A stretch of DNA of 64,000 nt from Squalus acanthias (taxonomy: Eukaryota). Shown here piece after piece: positions 11,725 to 23,823 of the stretch. Under the pieces are notes generated by a model. It searched no databases and was not told where the DNA came from. It saw only the letters and a list, made by a program, of their open reading frames with translations. A program made the translations under genes and the position numbers. How positions within the stretch are numbered: position 1 is the stretch's first letter; every line of letters starts with the position of its first letter. The stretch lies in assembly GCA_030390025.1 (NCBI GenBank), contig CM059432.1, forward strand, positions 89,902,001-89,966,000. Reading direction: 5' to 3'.

Positions 11725-12595
11725 TGGGAACAGGAGCAGACCATTCAGTGCCTTGGGCCTGCTCCACCATTCAATTAGATCATGGTACAGTATATGGGGA
11801 TTGGGCGGTAAAGTGGAGTTGAGGTCGAAGATCAGCCATGTTCTTACTGAATGGTGGAGCAGGCCCAAAGGGCTGTATGGCCTACTCCTGCTCCTAATGC
11901 TTATGTTCTTGTATCCTTATGGTTGATCTGTACCTCAACTCCATTTTCCTGTCGTTGCTCCATATCCCTTGATACCCTTACCTAAGAAAAATCTATCAAT
12001 CTCAGTCTTGAAGGCTTCAATTGACCCAGCATCCACAGCCTTTTGGGGAAGAGAGTTACAAATTTCTACTAACCTTTGTGTTAAAAAGTGCTTCCTGATT
12101 TCACTCCTGTATGGCCGAGCTCTCATTTTAAGATTAAATTGTTTCCCCCATCAGAGGAAATAGTTTCTCCATATCAATCCGATCGAATTCTAACATTTTA
12201 AACACTTCGATCAAATCACTCCTCAATCTTCTATACTCAAGGGAATACAAGCCAAGTTTATGCAGCCTGTGCTCATAATTTAACCTTCTAAAGCTGGTAT
12301 TATTCTGGTGAATCTGCGCTGCACCTCGTTCAAGGCCAATATATCCTTCCTGAGATGCGGTGCGCAGAACTGAATGCAATACTCAAGGTGGGATCGGACC
12401 AAGTCTCTGTACAACTGAAGCATCACTTCCTCACTTTTGTATTCCAGCCCTCTTGAGATAACGGTCAACATTCCATTAGCCTTTTTGATTACTTTTTGTA
12501 CCTGTGTACTTATTTTTAATGATTTGTGTACTTGTCCTCCAAAATCTCTTTGCTCCACTACAGTTTCCCACCATTTAGGAAATACTCTGATTTAG
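11725..12595 (-). mobile_element. CR1 LINE 3' portion, containing a nested plus-strand CR1 3' end (about 11786-11920)
   Basis: KKANGML..ISRGLEYKS..LYRDLVRSHLEYC, LGLYSLEYRRLRSDLIEVFK and FLTQRLVEICNSLP, followed by the CR1 3' UTR. Confidence 0.9.
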
Positions 12596-12609
12596 AATCG
12601 TTTTATGGT

Positions 12610-13480
12610 TAAAATTGACCCCATTAATTTTACTTGAGATATTTTTGTTTGGGACGGGTATATTGCTCACATTCTCCTTTGTGTATACTTGGAGGAATAT
12701 TTTGTGTTCAATCTCCGTTTCGAGCCTATTTGCATCTTTTATGGTTTTCACCTCTTCTCTGAATGACCTGTTATGATACTGAAATAATTTATATTGGTTT
12801 GCTTAGCCTTAGCAGCTATACTTTTTACCAGGTCTCTCTGAACACTCATTATTCTGTTGCTGCATATTTTTGTATTCATCTCATTAAGCCCTTTTCCTTT
12901 CACCCTGCATGATTTGTATGGGCCATTTTCCCTCTTTATCTCACTTTTAATTTGTTCATTAATCCATTTAGGTTTATGTTTGTTTAGTCTAAATTTGCTT
13001 GTTTTGGGAATATATTTGTCCTACATGCTCAGAATTATACCTTTAAAGGTGTTCCACTTGGCTTCTATTGAAGTGTTGTTGATGAAGGTAGCATTGTTGT
13101 TCACAAAACATGCTGCCAGCCACCCATTTATCTCCTCAATTTGTTTGGCAATCTCCCCTCCTTTCCCAAATACTGGTAGTATACTAGAGAATGCTACTTT
13201 GCATCCTATATCTTGTTTTGAGCTAATTCTCATATAAGTGACTTTTAAGGCACCTATAGTCTTTCTCCTTATGTGGACTACCACTGGGTCCCTACCTGTC
13301 CACTGCAGTATCCCTTCTAATCTTTCCTCAATATGTACTGCTCAAGTTCCAGGTAGACAGCTTGTATGTATTATCTTTAAAACACACATGGCTATCTACT
13401 TTTCCGGAACAAGGAATCACCTCGACTACAATCTCTCTACGACCTTCAAATGCGTCTTTGTCCAGGCTGTCCTCTCTGGT
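12610..13480 (-). mobile_element. Old CR1 fragment: ORF1 SGNH-esterase remnant joined by a deletion to mid-ORF2
   Basis: Minus-strand remnants GDSLFRKVDSHVC, LPGT, DPVVVHI and KVAFSSILPV..IEEINGWL, then SIEAKWNTFKGII from the ORF2 linker. Confidence 0.7.
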
Positions 13481-14344
13481 TACCTGACTAACTTTTCTTC
13501 TGGGACCTTATTATATTTTGTAATGTTGGACAGTGCCTAGTATCTGCTCGCTAATATGTTTCCTATATTCTTGCTTCTCAACCCCAATCCATCCATAATC
13601 AACTATTCCTTGGCTTCCTTCCGCACTTGTCCCTTTCATGATAATGCTTAACCTGATTGTGTTAGTTTCCAAGGTTCACTTTTGAGGTTTGATGCTAATT
13701 TGGCCATATCACTTACCTGATATGACTCACTTACAGAATCTAATACTTCCCCTCAAATATCTGCTCCCTTCTGTCTGTCCTTGTACGTTCCTGTAGCTTG
13801 ATCTCTTGGGCCAAAATTCTCTTCTTTAAGCTTACTGAAAGATAGATCACAGAAGTGATCTGCTGCAATACATTAAACTGATCGGTTTAATGAAAAACTG
13901 TTTAACAGATGGTCTTTGCATATCTTTGGAATGATTCACACACCTTCAGCAATTACGCATGCCAGTGAAAAACAATTATCTGCTTTACCTGAACAACACC
14001 TTTTTTCTTGGGAACAAGCATGTAGCATTTTGGCAAAAGAACATTACATTTTAATGTTTGATAGGATTTCCATGTGGGCTTACAAACAAAACACCTTTTG
14101 ATTTATTGTCACTCAGGCTACAACAGCAATGTTTCACTCAATACTCAGTAAAATGTATAATATGTGTCTGCATCTGTCTCTGTATCTGTGAGTAGTCAAG
14201 CCCTTGTTATAACATGCTAAAAACATAGTATAGAACTCATTTGAAAACAGCCTACTCTTTAATACCTTCCAGATCAGTCAGTCTGAACTGTTCTTTAAAA
14301 TGTTGGACTGAACCATTTTGTTTTTTAACATGAATCCACTGCAT

Positions 14345-14570
14345 GGTGTGCTGGGATGGTCCACTGTTCTTTCAGTCATGGAACTTGGATTTCAATTCAA
14401 TCCAGACTGAGGGAGTAAAAATGTTCTTCCTCTGTCAGCTGTAAGATTCTGCATGAATGAGTTTAGTCAATCAGCCATTCAAACTAGGTCATATTCTGGG
14501 CCTTTCTGGAGCATCCCTTCTGGATGGCTCAAGACCAGAATTGGCAGACCCCGGGGAACAAGTTTGCTGA
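14345..14570 (+). mobile_element. Very old tRNA-headed SINE remnant (LF-SINE-like)
   Basis: Degenerate B-box region followed by cagctgtaagattctgcatgaatgagttt. Recognised from memory of the LF-SINE 5' region only. Confidence 0.3.
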
Positions 14571-14834
14571 TATCTTCTTGGATGGGAACCAGTGCAAGAA
14601 GGGAAGGCAATTAAGAGAATTCTTTCTTTTAAATTACCTTTTTACATCTCTATCCTTTTCATCCTCTTACTGTTGCATCCTATAAAAATGTGCTCTCCTC
14701 TAATAGAGACCAAGGCCCCGATATTTATGGGGAGTTGGGGGACAGTTTTATGGTTGGGAAAGCCAGAAGAACGGGTTTCCCTCAGATCCTGCTGAATTTA
14801 ACGGCAGCCGCAGCTGGAGCGCATAGAGGAGGGA

Positions 14835-15740
14835 GAGAGAGAGATCGGGAGTCGAGGAGGACATCACTGGGGGGGGGGGGGGGCCAGAAGAGATCGTGGG
14901 TCGAGGAGGACATCACTGGGGGGGGGGGGGGCCAGAAGAGATCGTGGGTCGAGGAGGACATCACTGGGGGGGGGGGGGGGGGGGCAGAAGAGATCGTGGG
15001 TCGAGGAGGACATCACTGGGGGGGCCAGAAGAGATCGTGGGTCGAGGAGGACATCACTGGGGGGGGGGGGCCAGAAGAGATCGTGGGTCGAGGAGGACAT
15101 CACTGGGGGGACCAGGAGAGATCGGGAGTCGAGGAGGACATCACTGGGGGGGGGGGGGGGGGCAGAAGAGATCGTGGGTCGAGGAGGACATCACTGGGGG
15201 GGGGGGGGGGGCCAGAAGAGATCGTGGGTCGAGGAGGACATCACTGGGGGGACCAGGAGAGATCGGGAGTCAAAGAGGACATCACTGGGGGTGCCAGGAG
15301 AGATCGGGAGTCGAGGAGGACATCACTGGGGGTGCCAGGAGAGATCGTGGGTCGAGGAGGACATCACTGGGGGGACCAGGAGAGATCGGGAGTCAAAGAG
15401 GACATCACTGGGGGTGCCAGGAGAGATCGGGAGTCGAGGAGGACATCACTGGGGGTGCCAGGAGAGATCGGGAGTCGAGGAGGACATCACTGGGGGGGCC
15501 AGGAGAGATCGGGAGTCGAGGAGGACATCATTGGGGGTGCCAGGAGAGATCGGGAGTCGAGGAGGACATCATTGGGGGTGCCAGGAGAGATCGGGAGTCG
15601 AGGAGGACATCATTGGGGGTGCCAGGAGAGATTGGGAGTAAGGAGGACATCACTGGGGGTGCCAGGAGAGATCGGGAGTCGAGGAGGACATCACTGGGGG
15701 TGCCAGGAGAGATCGGGGGTCGGGGGGGAACATCGTTGAG
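14835..15740. repeat. G-rich minisatellite, about 21 units, 41-bp base unit GAGATCGGGAGTCGAGGAGGACATCACTGGGGGTGCCAGGA with a variable poly-G tract
   Basis: Exact 41-bp spacing at 15300, 15341, 15382 and 15423. 5' units are lengthened by G runs. It follows a MITE-like terminus GGCCCCGATATTTA at 14713. Confidence 0.97.
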
Positions 15741-15769
15741 GGGCAGGAGAGATAGCCTCTGCTATCTTT

Positions 15770-16590
15770 TCCCTAGATTCTTTTAAAATGTGTGGATGCA
15801 ATCCATCCGGACCAGGGGTTTTATCCTCTTTGAGTTTGATTAGTTTAATTAATATATCCCCTTTTTTATTGTAAATGCACTTATCTGATTACTAATCTGA
15901 TCATCCAATGTCATGGCCACCTGTTCTATCTCCCTGGTAAATACTGAAGCAAAATACGTATTTAATATTTCTGCCATTTTGCTATTGCTGCCTGTGATTT
16001 TATCCTGACCATTCCTTAATGACCCTATTCTCACCCCTTGTTTAAATTTATGTGCCTGCAGAATATTTTACTCTTTTGTTTTATGTTTATTGGTAATTTA
16101 GTTTTGTAGTTCCTCTTTGCCTTCCTAGTTGTTTTTTGACTTCTCTCCTAATCTCTTTGTATTCTCCCTTGTCATGCTCTCTCCTGCTGTCCATGTACTT
16201 AGTGTATGCCTCTTTCCTTACTCTCAATTTTTCCCTTATGTCTTTATTCATCCATGGTGTCTCATTAGTGTTTAGCTTGTTCTTGTTTTTCAGCGGAATA
16301 TATATTTTTTCTGGATTCTGTTGAGCACCATCTTAAATATTCCCCATTGCTGCTCTATGTCATTGATTCCCAATATCGTTGTCCATTTTATTTTCCCAAG
16401 CTCTATTCTCAGCCGCTCAAAATCAGCTTTTATCCAATCTATTACCCTGGTCTTTGTCATACTTATGTCTTTCTCAATTATTATCTTAAAGCATATTGTA
16501 TTATGGTCACTATTGCCTAGATGTTCCCCCTACTTTTACTTCTGTTATCTGCTCTGGTTCATTTCCCATTACCAGATCCAGTAGCGAATT
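15770..16590 (-). mobile_element. CR1 ORF2 fragment (endonuclease C-terminus to start of RT)
   Basis: GEHLGNSDHN, MAEILNTYFASVFT and KLKEDKTPGPDGLHP on the minus strand. Confidence 0.88.
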
Positions 16591-16649
16591 CTCCCTTGTC
16601 GGGCTTCTTACATATTGGACAGAGTATTAATCAAGAAATAATAGGAGCT

Positions 16650-17843
16650 TGTAACAAAGGTAATACAACCAGCGGATGTAGCATATTTGGATTTCCAAAA
16701 GGCATTCGATAAGGTGCCACCTAAAAGGTTGTTATGCAAGATAAGGGCTCATGAGGTTGGGGGGAATATATTAGCATCGATTGAGGATTGGTTAACGGGC
16801 AGAAAACAATGGGTCTTTTTTAGGTTGGCAGGCTGTAACTAGTGGGGTGCCGCATGGATCAGTGCTTGGGCCTCAGCTATTTACAATCTATATTAATGAC
16901 TTAGATGAAGGGACCGAGTGTAATGTATCCAAGTTTGCTGATGATACAAAGCTAGGTGGAAAAGTAAACTGTGAGGAGGACACAAAGAGCCTGCAAAGGG
17001 ATTTAGACAGGTTAAGTGAGTGGGCAACAAGGTGGCAGATGGAGTATATTGTGGGGAAATGTGAGGTTATTCACTTTGAATACAAAAACAGGATATTTTT
17101 AAAATGGTGAAAACTATTAAATGTAGGTGTTCAGAGAGATTTAGGTGTCCTCATACAGGAAACACAGAAAGTTAGCATGCAGGTACAGCAAACAATTAGG
17201 AAGGCAAATGGCATGTTGGTCTTTATTGCAAGGGGGTTGGAGTACAAGAGTAAGGAAGTCTTGATACAATTGTATAGGGCTTTGATGAGACCACACCTGG
17301 AATATTGTGCACAGTTTTGGTCTCCATATCTGAGGCAGGATATACTTGCCTTGGATGTGGCGCAACAAAGGTTCACTAGATTGATTCTTGGGATGAGAAG
17401 GTTGTTCTATGATGAGAGATTGTGTAGAATGGGCCTATACTCTCTGGAGTTTAGAAGAATGAGAGGTGATCTCATTGAAATATATAAGATTCTGAGGGGG
17501 ATTGACAGGGTAGATGCTGAGAGGTTGTTTCCCCTGGCTGGAGAGTCTAGAACTAGGGGGCATAGTCTAAGGATAAGGGGTCGGCCATTTAAGACTGAGA
17601 TGAGGAGGAATTTCTTCACTCAGGGTTGTGAATCTTTGGAATTCTCTACCCCAAAGGGCTGTGGTTGCTGAATCGTTGTGTATATTCAAGGCTGAGATAG
17701 GTAGATATTTGGACTCTAGGGGAATCACGGCATATGGGGATCAGGCAGGAAAGTGGAGTTGAGATCGAAGATCAGCCAATGGTGGAGCAGGCTCAAGGGG
17801 CTGTATGGCCTACTCCTGCTCCTAATTCTTATGTTCTTATGTT
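16650..17843 (+). mobile_element. CR1 LINE, RT to 3' end
   Basis: YLDFQKAFDKVP, PHGSVLGPQLF..KFADDTKLGG, RPHLEYCAQFWSPY and a (CTTATGTT)n tail. Confidence 0.95.
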
Positions 17844-18459
17844 TGCTTTGAAGCAGACCGCAATGAATGAAGCAGCATGGCTTTAAGATTGTGTTCTAGT
17901 CTTCTCTAAATGCACTCCACCTCTCGTTGAATTAACTGAGAAGACTCATCCATCAGTGACACGATGATATAAAGTTTGAGGAGGCAGAGTTACTTAGTTT
18001 CCTGTCCAAACAGGCCAATTTCGGCTGACTTTAAATAAAACTATGTATATTTGATAATTTGGTTGCCAAAAGCTTTTTAACAGTGAGGCTACACTAACCC
18101 TGTTTTCTAGTATTACGTCAAATTATTTGGATCATTAATAGTCTGAATTTTTGCAGAACTATGATTACAAAAAATAAATCACACCAGTTATTTTAATTTT
18201 GCGCAGTTATTTTGACTTTACAATGTATATGGTGTTATTAAATTATACAAAACCTTTGATAAAGTTCCATACAAAAGGCTGCTACTGAAACTGAAAGCAC
18301 TGAGAATTCAAGGTAAAAGCTGGACCTAGATAAGAAATTGGCTGAAGGAAAGGAATTGAGTACTTGTTAGGGGAATGATGTTGGGATGGGGGAAGTACTG
18401 AGTACAGTGCCCCAGAGGCTGGTGCAGGGGCACCTATTGTTCTTACTCTATATGAACAA

Positions 18460-18617
18460 CCGTTTTAGTGGGAAACTGATGCGATCAGTTTGGCTGCCAG
18501 TTTTACATGGCACCTTTCCATTGACTTCAATAGAAAGGAAAATTGGGCAGTATGTAAAACGGGTGGCCGATCTGATCATGTCAATTTCCAACCCAGCGGG
18601 TTAGGTTAAAATTACCC
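18460..18617. mobile_element. Palindromic MITE related to 5038-5195
   Basis: Shares ttccattgactt, gtaaaacggg and the aaaattaccc terminus. Confidence 0.6.
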
Positions 18618-18659
18618 AGAAACCCAATGTAAATTGGTCAAATTTTCTGATGATAAAAA

Positions 18660-20800
18660 GAAAAAAGATCTTCAATTTATGAAGTGCCTTATCCTGTTAT
18701 GCAGGACATCCCAAAGTGTCTCTTTTTGGAGTGCAGTCATTGTTGTTATGTAGAATCATAGAATCATAGAAATTTACGGCACAGAAGGAGGCCATTCGGC
18801 CCATCGTATCTGCGCCGGTCGAAAAAGAGCTATCCAGCCTAATCCCACTTTCCAGCTCTTGGTCTGCAGCCTTGTAGTTTACGGCACTTCAAGTGCCTAT
18901 CCAAGTACTTTTTAAATGTGATGAGGGTTTCTGCCTCTACCACCCTTTCAGGCAGTGAGTTCCAGACCTCCACCACCCTCTAGGTGAAAAAAGTTCTCCT
19001 CAACTCCCCTCTAATCCGTCTACCAATTACTTTAAATCTATGCCCCCTGGTTATTGACCTCTATGCTAAGGGAAATAGGTCTTTCCTATCCACTCTATCG
19101 AGCCCCTTCATTTTATATATCTCAATTAAGTCTCTCCTCAGCCTCCTCTGTTCCAAAGAAAACAACCTCAGCCTATCCAATCTTTCTACATATCTAAAAC
19201 CTGGCAACACCCTCGTACATCTCCTCTGTACCCTCTCTAGTGCAATTACATCATTCCTGTAATGTGGTGACCAGAACTGTACGCAGTACTGTAGCTGTCA
19301 CCTAACTAGTGTTTTATACAGTTTAAGCATAACCTCTCTGCTGTTATATTCTATGCCTCGACTAATAAAGGAAAATATCCCATATGCCTTCTTAACCACT
19401 GTATCTACCTGTCCTGCTACCTTCAGGGATCTGTGGACATGCACTCCAAGGTCCCTCTGTTCCTCTACATTTCTCAGTATCCTACCATTTATTGTGTATT
19501 ACCTTGCCTTGTTAGCCCTCCCCATATGCATTAACTCACACTTCGTCGGATTGAAGTTTTGTATCCTCTGCAAACTTCTTAATTATGCCCCCTACATTGA
19601 AGTCTAAATCATTGATATATACCACAAAAAGCAAGGAACCCAGTACTGAGCCCTGTGGAACCCCACTGGAAACAGCCTTCCAGTCACAAAAACACCCGTT
19701 GACCATTACCCTTTGATTCCTGCCACTGAGCCAATTTTGGATCCAACTTGCCACTTTCCCTTGGATCCCATGGGCTTTTACTTTTTTGACCAACCTGCCA
19801 TGTGGAACCTTGTGAAAGGCCTTGCTAAAAACCATGTAGACTACATCAAATACACTACCCTCATCGACCCTCCTTGTTACCTCCTCAAAAAATTCAATCA
19901 ATTTAGTCAGACATGACCTTCCCTTAACAAATCCATGCTGACTGTCCTTGATTAATCCGTGACTGTCTAAATGACGATTAATACTGTCCCTCAGAATTTT
20001 TTCCAATAATTTTCCCACCACCGAGATTAGACTGACTGGCCTGTAATTACTCGGTCTATCCCTTTCTCCCTTTTTAAACAATGGCACAACGTTAGCAGTC
20101 CTCCAGTCCTCTGGCACCATGCCTGTAGGCAGAGAGGATTGATGATCAGAGCCTCCTCTATTTCCTCCCTTGCGTGTCTTAACAGCCTGGAATACATTTC
20201 ATCCGGGCCTGGCGATTTATCTACTTTCAAAGATGCTTAACCTCTTAATACTTCCTCTCTCTCCATGTTTATCCCATTTAATATTTCACACTCCTCGTTA
20301 ACTACAACGTCTGCATCGTCCCTCTCTTTTGTGAAGACAGATGCAAAGTATTCATTAAGAACCATACCCACATCTTCCGCCTCCACATAAAGGTGACCTT
20401 TTTGGCCTCTAATAGGCCATACTCTTTCCTTAGTTATTCTCTTGCTCTTTAAGTATTAATAAAACATCTTTGGGTTTTCCTTGATTTTACTTGCCAAAAG
20501 TTTTTCATGCCCATATAAGAAAACCTGGCAGCTATTTTGCGAACAACAGCCATAAGATGAAAGACCAGCTAAGCTATTGTTTGGTCTGATGGTTGAGAGA
20601 AGAATGTTGGCCAGAACACCAGGAGAGCTTCTTGCTCTTATTCGAATAGTGCCATGGGATCTTTTAACATCCACCTGAACAGGCAGTTGGGACCTTGGCT
20701 TAATCCTTCATCTAAAAAGCAACACCGACAACCATGCAGCGCTCTCTCAGTGCTACACTGAATGGTAGGCCTACATTATGTGCTTAAATCCTAGACTTAA
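18660..20800 (-). mobile_element. DeuSINE (SacSINE1-like), split into 18660-18752 and 20512-20800 by a CR1 insertion
   Basis: Both pieces match the reverse complement of the SINE at 46623-47062 (ggacatcccaaagtg; tggccagaacacc..gggatctttta). Confidence 0.75.
18753..20511 (-). mobile_element. CR1 LINE ORF2 3' part, relatively young
   Basis: KVDKSPGPDEMY, VPEDWRTANVVPLFKKG..PQGSVLG..KFAEDTK and an (AGAATCAT)n tail at about 18753-18770. Confidence 0.95.
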
Positions 20801-21165
20801 GAGGCAACTGAGCCAAATTGACATCTTAAACTGTAGGGCAGGGAGAGGAAGTGGTTGAATTGGAGGAAGTGGCCATGATTTAGATAAAATCTGTAAATGG
20901 GTAGAACAGTAGTAGATAAAATTCAATTTAGGCAAGTGTAAAGTGCTAAGCATTGGAGCAAATAAGGATTGTAATAAGTATACCAAGAATGGTGTAGAAA
21001 TAGCTACAGGTGAAGTTGAAAGGGACTTAGATCAGCACTGTACAAAGCAAATAGAGTGCTTAATTATATTGTTAAATCTGTAGAGTATAATTCAGAAGAT
21101 GTTGTGCTAAAACTGCATAGTTCCCTGGTCAGACTACATCTTGAGTACTGTGTTCAGTTGTGGAT

Positions 21166-22137
21166 ATAAATGACTTGGATGAGGGGACCAAGTGTAATGT
21201 ATCCAAGTTTGCTGATGATGCAAAGCTAGGTGGGAAAGTAAGCTGCGAGAAGATGCAAAGAGCCTGCAAAGGGATACAGACAGGTTAAGTGAGTGAGCAA
21301 TAAGGACGCAGATGGAGTATAATGTGGGGAAATGTGAAATTATCCGCTTTGGTGGGAAGAATAGAAAAGCAGAATATTTTTTAAAAGGTGAGAGGCTAGT
21401 AAATGTTGGTATTCAGAGAGATTTGGGTGTCCTTGTACATGGATCACAGAAAGTTAACATGCAGGTACAGCAAGCAATTGGGAAGGCAAATTATATGTTA
21501 GCTTTTGTTGCAAGGGGGTTGGAGCATAAGAGTAAGGAAGTCTTGCTGCAATTATATAGGGCTTTGGTGAGACCACACCTGGAGTACTGTGTATAGTTTT
21601 TGTCTTCCTACCTAAGGAAGGATATTCTTGCCTTAGAGGAGATGCAACAAAGGTTCACTAGATTGATTCCTGGGATGAGGGCTGTCCTATGAGGAGAGAT
21701 TGAGTAGAATGGGCCTTTTTCTCTGGTGTTTAGAAGAATGAGAGGTGATCTCATTGAAACGTATAAAATTCTTAGAGGGCTTGACAGGGTAGATGCTGAG
21801 AGGTTGTTTCCCCTGGCTGGAGAGTCTAGAACTAGGGGGCATAGTCTCACGATAAGGGGTCGGGGCCATTTAGGACTGAGATGAGGAGAAATTTCTTCAC
21901 TCAGAGAGTGGTGAATCTTTGGAATTCTCTACCCCAGAGGGCTGTGGATGCTCAGTCGTTGAGTATATTCAAGACAGAGCTCGATAGATTTTTGGATACT
22001 AAGGGAATCAACGGATGTGGGGATAGTGCAGGAAAGTGGAGTTGAGGTAGAAGATCAGCCAGGATGGTACTGAATAGCGGAGCAGGCACAAAGGGCCAAA
22101 TGGCTAACTCCTGCTTCTATTTCTTATATTCTTATGT
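21166..22137 (+). mobile_element. CR1 LINE 3' portion
   Basis: KFADDAKLGG, MEYNVGKCEIIRFG..RPHLEYCV, CR1 3' UTR and a cttatattcttatgt tail. Confidence 0.95.
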
Positions 22138-22184
22138 AAAATCTGTCAAAATGGAGAAATACACTTGCTGGCAATGGGAAATTT

Positions 22185-23045
22185 TTGTTTTTTTTATTCA
22201 TTCATAGGATGTGGGCATCCCTGGAAAGACCAGCATTTATTGCCCATCCTCAATTGCCCTTGAGGAGGTGGTGGTGAGCCACCTTCTTGAATCGCTGCAG
22301 TCCACATAGTGAAGCTACTCCCACAGTGCTGTTAGATAGGGAGTTCCAGGATTTTGACCCAGTAATGATGAAGGGCGGCGATATATTTCCAAGTCAGGAT
22401 GGTGTGTGACTTGGAGGTGAACGTGGAGCTGGTGGTGTTCCCATGCGCCTGCTGCCCTTTTCCTTCTAGGTGGTAGAGGTCGCAGGTTTGGGAGATGCTG
22501 TTGAAGAACTCTTGCCGTGTTGCTGTAGTGCATCTTGTAGATGGTACACACTGTAGCCACGGTGCGCCGGTGGTGGAGGGAGTGAATGTTTAAGGTGATG
22601 GATGGGGTGCTGATCAAGCGGGCTGCTTTGTCCTGGATGGTGTTGAGCTTCTTGAGTGTTGTTGGAGCTGCACTCATCCAGGCAAGTGGAGACAATTCCA
22701 TCACACCTTCTGACTTGTGCCTTGGAGATGTTGAAAAGGCTTTGGGGAGTCAGGAGGTGAGTCACTCGCCACAGAATACCTAGCCTCTGACCTACTCTTG
22801 TAGCCACCGTATTTATGTGGCTGGTCCATTTATGTTTCTAGTCAACGGTGACCCCCAGGATGTTGATGGTAGGGGATTCAATGATGGTAATGCCATTGAA
22901 TGTGAAAGGGAGGTGGTTAGACACTCTCTTGTTGGAAATGGTAATTGCCTGGAACTTGAGTGGCGCGCATGTTACCTGCCACTTATCAACCCAAGCCTGG
23001 ATGTTGTCTGGGCGTTGCTGCATGCGGGCATGGACTGCTTCATTA
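22185..23045 (-). mobile_element. 3' fragment of a second CR1-group LINE family
   Basis: DNIQAWVDKWQVT..NILGVT and LNTIQDKAARLI..HSLHHRRTVA. The 3' UTR gggcaataaatgctgg..gcccacatcc is shared with 40262-42342. Confidence 0.9.
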
Positions 23046-23801
23046 TCTATGGAATTATGAATGAAACTGATATATAAAGCATATTACATGCCTTTTGAGG
23101 GCAGGATTCTATTTCATATGTGGCTTCTTTTGTGAGCTGTTTGTAGTGTGGCAAAATAACGAAAAGAGGGTTATTGATTCCTGCCTTAGTAAGAGCCCAA
23201 TTCCTTTCTCAGATAAATTATTTGAAAATTATTAAGGCGCAAATACATGGCAATTCGAGCAGTTTTGGTTCTCTCAATTTCCACCTCCTGCTCATGGTAT
23301 GCGATAGGAGATGTTTGAGGTGCATCATTTATGTCATTGTGTAACACAATTTGAACTGTAGCTTTCACCTTCCAAACCTAGTTCCATCTTTCTGCCAATC
23401 ATACGAAAGGTAGAATACCAATTGGAGCGCTAAGTAACATTTTTGCATAAGAGTTAAAAGGAAAATCACAACTTTAATGCCATAAATATTGGTTGGTGGA
23501 GATGAGTGTGAGCAAGCACATAGAATTAAATTTCTCATCAGCATTAATTAGCAGTGTTATGACCTGCAATGCTGTGATTTCAATCTTAGAATAGAGGTAA
23601 GGGTGTGTTATATTTATGGTTTCTCTTTCTCGCTCGCTGTCTCTACCTGTGATCTAGATTTTTGGAATGACATTATTTTATCCTTGGTAGTAATCCATTT
23701 CTTTTAAATGACAAAGTTCTAGCAGAGTTTAGTTGAAATGGGTTTCTGCCGGCATTAAAATAACACTGATTGCAAAATCCAGGCATCTCTTATTCTATTC
23801 C

Positions 23802-23823
23802 CCTCTCTCTCTCTCTCTCTCTC
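23802..23823. repeat. (CT)n microsatellite
   Basis: Direct reading of the sequence. Confidence 0.9.

Larger units (their letters stand above)
18215..21165 (+). mobile_element. Old CR1 RT fragment split into three pieces (18215-18455, 18620-18655, 20810-21165) by later insertions
   Basis: KTFDKVPYKRLL..LLFLLYMN / KLVKFSDD / DLDKICKWVE..KFNLGKCKVL are collinear with CR1 RT. Confidence 0.75.

Noticed and set aside
14835..15740. CRISPR-like regular repeats (also 5690-6090)
   Set aside because: No unique spacers, no cas genes, vertebrate context; these are tandem minisatellites.
14690..15786. Long Gly/Arg-rich ORFs (349 and 296 aa)
   Set aside because: By-product of a stop-free 41-bp minisatellite; open in several frames at once.
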